A stretch of DNA of 64,000 nt, from contig NC_043006.1 in assembly GCF_006345805.1 (NCBI RefSeq), positions 80,290,001 to 80,354,000 of the forward strand. Reading direction: 5' to 3'. Under the pieces are notes generated by a model. The model was not told the DNA's origin, did no database searches, and saw only the letters and a program-made list of their open reading frames with translations. This stretch comes from Octopus sinensis (Eukaryota). Positions 40,493 through 50,774 of the stretch are shown piece by piece. A program made the position numbers and the translations under genes. How positions within the stretch are numbered: the first letter of the stretch is position 1; each line of letters begins with the position of its first letter.

Positions 40493-42404
40493 TTTTATTA
40501 TTACCCACTAGGGGCTACATAGATGGGACAATACAATCGGGAATGAATAATGAATTATGAAGTTTGTACAATGTGGTGTTGTAATGCCCGCTCGATCCCC
40601 GAAATCGAGCGGTTACATTTCGTCAATTAATTTGTTCGTCAACAATATTTTCAAAAAAACATTTTTTACATTTTCAACTACATTTCAAAAAGTTTTACAA
40701 AGTTCAACATTTCCTTTTTTTTTTTTTTTTCAGAATTTAAAGTTCTTTTTATCATTTCCAAATTAAGTTTTCACAATACCTTTTATTCTATACACTCCAT
40801 TATGTCTACCAAATCTGAGTAAAGTTCCATCGTTCGAGGCCACTTTTAAGTCGGCATTTCATATGTTTTAACACGTTCTCGCCAGCTGCCTCGATGAACG
40901 CCTCGGCGTCGTTCTCGTGGATGAGTGCACCTGTTCTTCCCATTCGGTGCCCATCCTGACCCACGTATATCCGTTTGTTGCGCTTATTAAATCTTCCATC
41001 TCCTCACAGTGCTTGTGATGGATCAACGTTCCATAGTATTTGTATTTTCTATTCGTACCTACGTTTTCTCTAGTTTTTCTCTTAGGACTTACTTCCTTTT
41101 TTCTCCTCCCTCGGTTTCTCTCTTTCTCTCTTTTTGCTTTCTCTTCTTTCTTTTCCTTCTCTTGTCTTTTTGGCTCTTTGTTCTGCCGTCTCTCTACCCT
41201 GTGCCTTAAGTTCCTTTCCTGTTGTTTCTTTTCCTTTTTGCATACCATCTCTTTCCTTTCTCTTGTTTCGTTCCTTCTCTTGTTCTTTTCCTGCTTTTTC
41301 TCTTTCCTTTAATGTACTTTCTTTTCTTTCTCTTGCTCTGCCTTGGCTCCTTCTCCACTACTTCTGCACCCTGTGAATTTTGCTCCTCTTCTACTATCTT
41401 CTTCCCTTTGTTTTCATTTTCCTTCAGTGCGCTGTTACTTCCCTTCTCTTGTTGTTTCTCCGTTATTTCCTTTTCCTTGTTTTCGCTGTTCTTTCCTTCG
41501 TGTTCGTTTTCCTTCTCTCCACTTTGTGTCTCTTTTTGCTCCGCTGTGATTCATACAGCGGACATTCCTTTTTTATGTGCCCTCTTGATCCGCACAGGTA
41601 GCAGTTCGGTTTTCTGCCTTCCACTATTACACTAATTGTCTTCTCGTTTTCTATTTCTATTTGGAAGGGAAATCTTTCGATGTCTTCCATTGTGGCCATT
41701 AGCCACAACTCGACTCCGAATCCCTTCCAATTTACAACGTTCGTCTCCTTAATTGACCCTATTTCTACTTCCTCTTTTGCTGCTCCAATAATGGCTGTTA
41801 CCAGCATTTCTTTTAATATTGGGGGACCTTTGGGACTCTTACCCGTACCCCTCGTCTTCCTTTATAAGTCGGCCACATGGTGAAATTTTCCGCTTTCAGG
41901 ACAGTGGAAGCCAATGAGGCCGCCACTTCCTTTGTTGCGCATCTCACCTCCACCGTACCATATTTCTTTCCTCTGTCTACAAAAGTCGCTTTTTTCATGA
42001 TGTCCCCCAGACATTTCTCTATTTCTTCAATCGTCACTCTCACCAGTTTTCTCGTGTTTCTATCTTGCGTTCTATACGTTATCGTGATGTTTGTTATTTT
42101 TCTCTTCTATTGTTTCCACAGGCGGGACCAGCTTCACGCTATCACCCTCCCTTTTGACGAACTCTCGTATTCTTTCAATTGTTCTTTTTAAAAGAACACT
42201 TCTTTTATTCTAAGTGACTCGTCACTTTTTGTTGTGGCGACCCCCGCGTAAGTCTCCATGACTTGAGGGTCGACACACCTTCTATAAAAGGTTCAAACAC
42301 GCAGCGGCAAACGCCTCGCGCGATTCAATTTTTGACAACTTTTAACCGTCTTTTTTCAATTTTCACATATAAAATAACTCACAACACACGTATATAGCTT
42401 GGAG
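40493..42404 (-). mobile_element. ORF1-only unit A1
   Basis: Near-identical to A2; start codon at ~42259. Confidence 0.9.
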
Positions 42405-42620
42405 CCAGGTTTTCAAATCTTTTTTCTCTACATTGTATACTTTATAGACAATAGTCTTTTCTTTAATTTCATTTTTTATTATCCATCTGGACTATTCCAT
42501 TTCTGCACGCTAATCTTATTTTTAATTTATTCCCATTCATGTGAAACCACTTATTCAAGTTCAAATCATTGATGCGATTTTATACCAATTGCTATTTTTA
42601 CTTTTGTCGTGTTACTTTAG
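42405..42620 (-). pseudogene. Upstream half of the older interrupted ORF1
   Basis: Minus strand LNKWFHMNGNKLKI.. and EIKEKTIVYKVYNVEKKDLKT aligns with ENKTVTYRTQDKNTKK in the units and joins to 27988. Confidence 0.6.
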
Positions 42621-42734
42621 TTTGATTTTAATTATTACTTACTACATATAATTCAATTGTTATTATTATTTTCATTGTTAAAGTGAAAGTATCTGACATA
42701 AAATAGAGAAACGTTTTTGTTTCACTTTCAACAC

Positions 42735-43082
42735 GTAATACTGAAATAGTGGAGAAGATATGATATTGCTATGGGATCGCTCTAGGCAAGAAGTTGAACA
42801 TTTTTTTGCCGATGACACTTCCCGGACCCTAAGTAAGGCATGTGTAAAATTTGAATGGAATTGGTTGTGTAGTTCTGAAGTTTTAGGGAATCGTAGTGGA
42901 GAAGATCTGATATTGCTGTGGGCTCGCCCTAGGCAAAAAGTTCAAAATTGTTTTTGCCGATGACACTCCCCGGACCCTAAGTAAGACATGTGTAAAATTT
43001 GAATGAAATTGGTTGTGTAGTTCTCAAGTTTTAGGGAAACACACAGACAGACACACATTCTCAGTTTTATATATATAAAGAT
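42735..43082 (-). mobile_element. Helitron/Helentron-type non-autonomous repeat with two ~140-bp internal tandem units
   Basis: Minus 5' atctttatatataaaactgagaatgtgtgtctgtctg; near-identical copy at 62720-63068. Confidence 0.65.
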
Positions 43083-43280
43083 AGATTAATAATGATAAAA
43101 AGTATGGAGACTTGTACATCCACAAAATACATTTTATAGTTATATACAACATATTATAAATACATAGACCTGTTTCCGTTGCAGCGACTTCTCATTATTG
43201 CAAATGCATCCTTGCAATATTATCGGTGCAATATATATACATATACATACATACATATATATAGCGAGAGAGAGAGAGAG

Positions 43281-43341
<61 letters not shown>

Positions 43342-43980
43342 TTTCAATGTATGAAATTCTAGATTAGTTTTTTTAGATCGTTTCACTTAATTCTTGCGCT
43401 AGAAAAGGCATTAAAATTCCGATTAAAATACACACATCTATATTCAAATAGGGAAGAGGATAATTCGAATATAACAACTGAAATTAAGATGAAATAGTGA
43501 TGACTGCATGGTATGGTCAGACCGGAGGTATTTCTAAATCAGTAGTAACCTCCAGCTAAACCATATCAAACAACAGCAATTATACTCCTGAAAAAAACCC
43601 CCTACAAATAAAGAAGCAAACAAATAAAGATGATAGCGAAAAGAAAATGAAATATGCAACCAAGAAACAAAACCATGCTTCTAAGTATGATGGCGAAAAT
43701 AAATACAATTTCTTTAATTATAACTACCTATTCAGTATATTGTATTATTATTTATATGATTCGATTATAGACTGTGAAAGAAATACCTCCAACGGAATTG
43801 TTGCATGCAATGCACAAATAAATTCGACATTGAGTGGTCCTACCTTCAGTTCTTCGTAACTAGTCCGCTTAAAATATGAACGTGAATAATTTTGCAAACG
43901 CAGTAAACAAATTGACATACAGAAATATGGCTATAATTACATGCAGTAGTACTATGTAATATGAATTAATTAGATCTGTA

Positions 43981-44403
43981 GGATCTTTTCGGTTTGAACG
44001 GCAGTTTTTTCTAGCGGTGTCATATGAAATTGTCACCCATAATTATGACCCTAGTATCGATCTATTGCATTTCAATCTGTTTTAGGGTTAGGGTTAGTTA
44101 GGGTTAGGGTTAGGGGTGGGGGGAAGGGTATCTATTTTTCTTCAGAAATGTAAATAAACCCAATCTGTTTCTTAAATGAGGGACATATTCATACGGCACA
44201 GAATGTTTTCACCTCAACTGATTGTTTGAAATTGCAGAAAATGAAGAAAAAAACAACAAATATCTTACAAACTATAGAATTTTCTCAACAAAGCCAAGAG
44301 AAAAAGATCTTTTATAAACACATTCTACCAGTATACGAAGTTTAAAAGTGTTTAGTTATGTGGAAATTATTAAAAAAAACTGCCGTTCAAACCGTAAGGA
44401 TCC
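43981..44403. mobile_element. MITE with ~30-bp TIRs containing a short TTAGGG tract
   Basis: GGATCTTTTCGGTTTGAACGGCAGTTTTTT ... AAAAAAAACTGCCGTTCAAACCGTAAGGATCC. Confidence 0.8.
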
Positions 44404-44705
44404 GAAATATGTTCAAACGGTATTGTTACATGCAATGCAGAAATATATTCGACATTAAGTGGTCCTACCTTCAGTTCTTCTTAACTAGTCCGCTTAAAAT
44501 ATGAATGTGAGTAATTTTGCAAACGCAGTAAACAAATTAACATACAGAAATGTGACTATAATTTCATGCAGTAATACTATGTAATAGGAATTAATTAGAT
44601 CTGTAATATTTAGTTTTGTTATATTGAGAAACGGAAATACTTACAGGTGTCATTCATTTAATATTTTAAGCGATAAATGATGGCTTTAAGTATGTGCATA
44701 TATAA

Positions 44706-44866
44706 GCGCATGAGTGGCTGTGTGGTAAGTAGCTTGCTTACCAAACACATGGTTCCGGGTTCAGTACCACTGTGTGGCACCTTGGGCAAATGTCTTGTAC
44801 TTTAGCCTTGGGCCGACCGAAGACTTCTGAGTGGATTTGGTTGATGGAGGCTGAAGGAAGCCAGCC

Positions 44867-44937
<71 letters not shown>

Positions 44938-45334
44938 TAATTATATACTCTTTTACTGTTTCAGTCATTTGACTGCGGCCATGCTGGAGCACCGCCTTTA
45001 GTCGAGCAAATCGACTCCGGGACTTATTATTTGTAAGCCCAGGACTTATTCTATCGGTTTCTTTTGCCGAACCGCTAAGTGACGGGGAGGTAAACACACC
45101 AGCATCGGTTGTCAAGCAATGCTAGGGGGACAAACATAGACACAAAAAACATATACACACACAGCTATATATATATACATATATACGACAGGCTTCTTCA
45201 GTTTCGTCTACCAAATCCACTCACAAGGCATTGGTCGGCCCGGGGCTATAGCAAAGACACTTGCCCAAGATGCCACGCAATGGGACTGAACCCGGAACCA
45301 TGTGGCTGGTTAGCAAGCTACTTACCACACAGCC
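44706..45334. mobile_element. Two SINE family 1 copies tail-to-tail (5' half on + 44706-44870; copy on - 44948-45334)
   Basis: Sequence similarity to the other family 1 copies. Confidence 0.85.
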
Positions 45335-45448
45335 AATATATATATACATATATATTATATATAATATATATATATATATAATATATATATATATATACCA
45401 TTATATATATATATGTATATATATAAATTATATATAACACATATATAG

Positions 45449-45480
<32 letters not shown>

Positions 45481-45499
45481 ATGTATATATATATGTGTG

Positions 45500-45790
45500 T
45501 TATTTCTTTATTGCCCCAGGGGGCTAAACATAGAGGGGACAAACAAAGACAGACAAAGGGATTAAGTCGATTGCATCGACCACAGTGCGTAACTGGTACT
45601 TAATTTATGTATGTGTGTAGGTACGTTTTTGTGTCGTGTTTACGTCACCTTAAGCTAGCAGTTCAGCAAAAGTGACCGATAGAATAAGTTCTAGGCTTGC
45701 AAAGAATAAGTCCTGGGGTTGATTTTTTCGGTTAAAGGCGGTGCTCTAGCATGGTCACAGTCAAAATGACTGAAACAAGCAAATGAATAA
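45500..45790. mobile_element. SINE family 2 3' part (-) abutting SINE family 1 3' part (+)
   Basis: Tails recognisable by similarity to full copies. Confidence 0.7.
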
Positions 45791-45829
45791 AAGAATATAT
45801 GTGTATGTGTGTATGTTTGTTTGTTTGTT

Positions 45830-45873
<44 letters not shown>

Positions 45874-46660
45874 GATAACGAGAAATGTTTCGGTTGGAAA
45901 TATATGTTATTAATGTATTTCTTAATATGGTTCTGCATGACACGTGTTTGTTTGTGACTGCTTTCTCATTTCCACAGGAAATATTTAATATTGTCCATAC
46001 ATCTTCAGGCATTCTGCATTAGTACATTTTGGTTGTATCGATGTGCAACTCCTGGATATTTATCATTCCACACCGATCAAAACGCTCTATTGGATTTATT
46101 ATATAGGTAGTGCTTGTGAACTACGGGAACTTATCAAAGAGATAGATATATAGATAACGTAAAGTATAATAGCCATCTCAATATGGTTAACCACGAAGGG
46201 TGGGTGTTACTGTAGCTTTTAGCCCCAGGAGATCATCGTCTCCAGCTGGCTTTAGTCACATTGTCTGTGCCCTTATGGTATTTGCAGAAGACAAGAAATT
46301 GAGAGAGACAGTATTGTGCATTTTTTCATATCAATGCAGGCGGGCATGAAGAAGAATAGGGAGAGACAAGAACAAGAAGGATATAGTAACCTGTATTGTT
46401 TTCAGTTCATTGTCAGCATACGTGAAGTAAAAATACAAGACAGAACAAGAGAAAGAGAAAAGGAAAAACGATATAGTTTATCAAGGCGAAACACATTAAA
46501 ACACCACCCTGCCTCACCCAGGCATATTATAAATCATATTTAAGAGTATCCTACGGTTATGAGAATGTAGTCACAAACAAGCACGTGTTATGCAGAAACG
46601 TATGTAGCAACGCGTTAATAAAATATATGAATATTTTTATCCGAAAATGTTCTCGTTATT
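45874..46660. mobile_element. Old inverted-repeat (fold-back/MITE-like) element with ~100-bp arms
   Basis: ataacgagaaatg..gcatgacacgtgtttgtttgtgact versus agtcacaaacaagcacgtgttatgc..gttctcgttat. Confidence 0.55.
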
Positions 46661-46897
46661 TATATATTTATGCTACATTAAGCAGAGAGTCGTATAAATA
46701 ATAACTTCATGCGATTACTTGGGAAGATGGGATTAATAAGCAGTAGCTAACAAGTAATAAAGGAACTTTTATCGGCGCATTCGAAGGCGTTTGCCGGACA
46801 AAATAACAAGGACGTGTATGTATGTATGTATGTATGTATGTATGTATGTATGTGTGTATATATGTATGAATGTATGAATGTATATAATATTTAGTTG

Positions 46898-46941
<44 letters not shown>

Positions 46942-47528
46942 TATATATATAGTTGTATATATATGTTCCCTTCGCCAGTTTAACGGTGAAAAGATGCAAT
47001 ATTTTACATACATACATACAAATATAAACCCACCTACATATACATGCACACACAGTGTATATGTGTTTGTTCAAGTTGTATATATAACTGTTACTCAGTC
47101 GAAGTTTGTATATATATATATATATATATGTTCCTTCCACCACCGTCTAATTGGTGAATAGATACAATGTCTTGAATACATACATGGAAATATAAAGCTA
47201 TCTATACATATGTGCAAGCACACACAGTCATATAAATACGTATACACATACATATATACGTATAATCTTACAGTATACACATATATATACCTTTACCCAT
47301 CTAAACATATATGGGTCTCTCTTTTCACAAACAATGCTTGAACTCAAATAATTTTCTTTTTCTTTTTTTGTATTTTACATAGATATATACATATATATAT
47401 GCATTCATACACACACACACATATATATATACTATATACATATATATGCACACATACCTATACGTACATGTATATACACACATACACACATACATACTCA
47501 CACTCACATATACACACACTATCAAACT

Positions 47529-48403
47529 ATGGTTAGTCTGCTGGTAATCTGTGATGACTCACCGATATCAGATACTACCAAACTCAACATCCTCGTGGCA
47601 GACGTAGTTAGAGTGATGAGGAACGTATCCTCACTATACCAACCACAAGAACGACAACAACACTACATATTCCGAATGCGACGTTCCGGTTATACACAGT
47701 ACGATAGAATCAGAGTACAAAGGAGCGAAAACAAGATTCGAACGCATTCTAAGGGATGACGAAATCGGTATATATGCCCACTATACCGCAACAAATTCTG
47801 GAATAGGTTGAAGAGAGCCACATCAACAAAAGAAATAGAATTAATACTTGGTATAATAACACGTAAGTTTCACTGTGTACTGTTTGTTGTCGCTACACCT
47901 ATGAACGAGTTAAGTAGAGCATTTGAGAAAATCCTACGTACAGCAGGCCTTAAAATCAAAGTTGTAGAAAAGACAGGTAGGACCATCAAATCTATATTAA
48001 GTAAGCCATACCCATTTGATAGAATCACGTGTCGAAATAAGTTGTGTAGTATGCTCTAACGAAGAACACTGTATACCAGATTAAGTGCCAGGAGAGGACT
48101 TGCGCAATTCTCTCGGAGTCCTATATTGTGGAGACATCTACGAGCATCCGTGATAGGTTCAAAGAACACCTGGACAACTATATTGAGAAAAAACTAAACA
48201 ACCTTCTGCCAGCATGCTGTAGATTGTCACAATGGCTTCTTAAGGAGGCTTAGGTTCGACATCATATCTACACATGCCACTGCTGTAATGGGGAAACAAG
48301 TCAGCGAAGCTGTCTGTATTCAGGAATACGATACTACCCTCAACCGGAAATCCGAATGGAGTAACGCCCAGATTCCATTCGGGAGTACTCATCTATAATC
48401 ACC
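47529..48403 (+). mobile_element. Degenerate Penelope-like element (RT thumb to GIY-YIG), same family as the 53.6-55.3 kb copy
   Basis: KLNILVAD.VRVMRNVS, KVVEKTGRTIKS, YQIKCQE, FKEHLDNYIE shared with the intact copy. Confidence 0.85.
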
Positions 48404-48762
48404 CATTTTTCTCATTTACATGTTGAAATCTATACATACATGCTGAGATGCATGATGCTGAAATGTATATGTAATTATATATAGCCGTATGAGTGTACAT
48501 AGATTAATATGTATGCAGGTATGTGTAGATGTATGTGTATTTTAGCGTGTGTATGTGTATGTGTGTGTACGTGTGTGTGAGCATGTATGTGTGTATGACT
48601 GTGAATATGCAAGTACGTATAGGTATGTGTGTATATATATATGTATATTTTTATATATATAGTTAATCCAAACATGAAAACACAAAGAGAAAACACAAAA
48701 ACGCGAGGACGTGGAACAAGTATAGTACTATTGGACGCTCAGGATAGAAGGAAAGAAGGAGG

Positions 48763-48797
48763 GCTTAACGTTTCGAGCGACGCTCTTCGTCAGAAAC
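48763..48797 (-). ncRNA. Minimal type I hammerhead ribozyme (PLE-type)
   Basis: GUUU-CUGACGA-A-GAGC(GUC)GCUC-GAAA-CGU-U^AAGC: conserved core, 4-bp stems I and II, palindromic ACGU stem III. Confidence 0.7.
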
Positions 48798-49118
48798 ATA
48801 GGAAAAGGAAAGATCCAAAGAAGGGAAGACGGAGGAAAAAATCGCCAACGGTACACACGCGGTCACATTATATATATATATGCACATATATATGTATATG
48901 TCTAAGTAAAATAAAAAAGAAAAAGAAAAGTATTTGAGTTCAAGTATTGTCTGTGAAAATAGAGACACATATGTGTAGATGGATAAGCGTATATATGTGC
49001 GTGTATAGGTATTTATATGACTGTGTGCTTGTACATATGTATAGGTAGGTTTCTAATTGCATGTATGCTTCTAAGATATTTCTATTCACCGTTAGATGGC
49101 GGTGAACGTATATATATA

Positions 49119-49162
<44 letters not shown>

Positions 49163-49376
49163 TATATTATATATATATATATATTGATAAAAATGGTAAG
49201 ACAACAAAAGAATGAAAGAGACCTCGATATTATGTAAATAGAGAAATTTATCTGTAAATGTAATATGCGACAATTATTCGGTAGCCATGATAAAATTCCG
49301 AGTTTCAAATGCCGAAACTCGGAGTTTTTTCATGGGTACTGAATAATTCTTACATATTACATTTACAGATATATAT

Positions 49377-49422
<46 letters not shown>

Positions 49423-49990
49423 TATATATACATACACACATAATGCAATTGTAAGATCCAAGAATCAAGGTGTAGGAAGTTAGTAGGCTTCGAGAAGTCC
49501 GTGGTAGGTATAAAAAACTACTTTCTGGAACGATAATATTTTATTGCAGGCTTTCAGCTTATCGAAGCTCAATAAGCTGAGAAAAGGCTTTTCTATAGCT
49601 CAGTGTTAGCAACTAGGGTTGTTGTGAAGACGAATAAAAATCCACATTGAGGAAATGGAGCAGGGATAATCCAGGCTACATATGTTTCGAACCTAGCAGA
49701 TCCTCTTATGTAATAATTACTCAGCGAGAGGTGCTGCACTAGTTACACATCTGACGGAAGATACCTTAAGTTAAATGAAAGTTACGTTGTCGTTAAAGAA
49801 TCCCAAATTAACTCGCCGGAGATATAATTTTAAATTATATCTCCGGCAGATTAACATGGTATTCATGAACGATAACAGCGGTCAAACACTTCTTGCTTAC
49901 TTCGGTTTTGTGGTTGTTTTTAGTTAGCTTTGAAATGCTGATTCCAAATATGGCATCCATTTTTCTAACACATCAGGTTTTAATTCTATA

Positions 49991-50411
49991 CTCTTTTACT
50001 CTTTTACTCTTTTACTTGTTTCAGTCATTTGACTGTGGCCATGCTGGAGCACCGCCTTTAGTCGAGCAAATCGATCTCGGAACTTATTCTTTGTAAGCCC
50101 AGTACTTATTCTATCGGTCTCTTTTGCCGAACCGCTAGGTGACGGGGACGTTAACACACCAGCATCTGTTGTCAAGCAATGCTAGGGAGACAAACACAAA
50201 TACACACACTAACACATACATACACACATATATATATATACATATATACGACAGGCTTCTTTCAGTTTCCGTTTACCAAATCCACTCACAAGGCATTGGT
50301 CGGCCCGGGGCTATAGCAGAAGACACTTGCCCAAGATACCACGCAGTGGGACTGAATCCGGAACTATGTGGTTGGTTAGCAAGCTACTTACCACACAGCC
50401 ACTCCTGCGCC
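49991..50411 (-). mobile_element. SINE family 1, full length
   Basis: Similarity to the other copies. Confidence 0.85.
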
Positions 50412-50654
50412 TATAGCATATACTTTTTTTATGATGTACTGGATAAATAATTTATCTGGTCAGGATAGTTTACAAAGTCTTATAGCTTCAGACTATGAGT
50501 TACAATATCAATAGCATATGTTATTTTTATCAAGAATTAGTAGAAATTACAGATTAGGGTACTCAGAAGGTACTCGGTAACTTCTGTCGATTAGTAATAA
50601 AGAAAAAGATAAATATGCTCATGTTTTCAGTTCTAATTTCCTTGTTTGCATCAC

Positions 50655-50693
<39 letters not shown>

Positions 50694-50708
50694 ACACACA
50701 CACACACA

Positions 50709-50774
<66 letters not shown>

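Noticed and set aside
33665-41635. Plus-strand F/S/L-rich ORFs (33665-34177, 37235-37732, 39096-39668, 41222-41635 and others)
   Set aside because: Antisense shadows of the K/E-rich ORF1 tract, not independent membrane proteins.
33245-42404. Reading the array as LTR retrotransposons/TRIMs (gag flanked by direct repeats)
   Set aside because: No TG..CA LTRs, PBS or PPT; the units end in an A-rich tail shared with an APE/RT non-LTR element.
44082-44115. TTAGGG tract as a true telomere explaining the HeT-A-like array
   Set aside because: Only about five imperfect units, inside a TIR element 1.7 kb away; array junctions contain no telomeric repeats.
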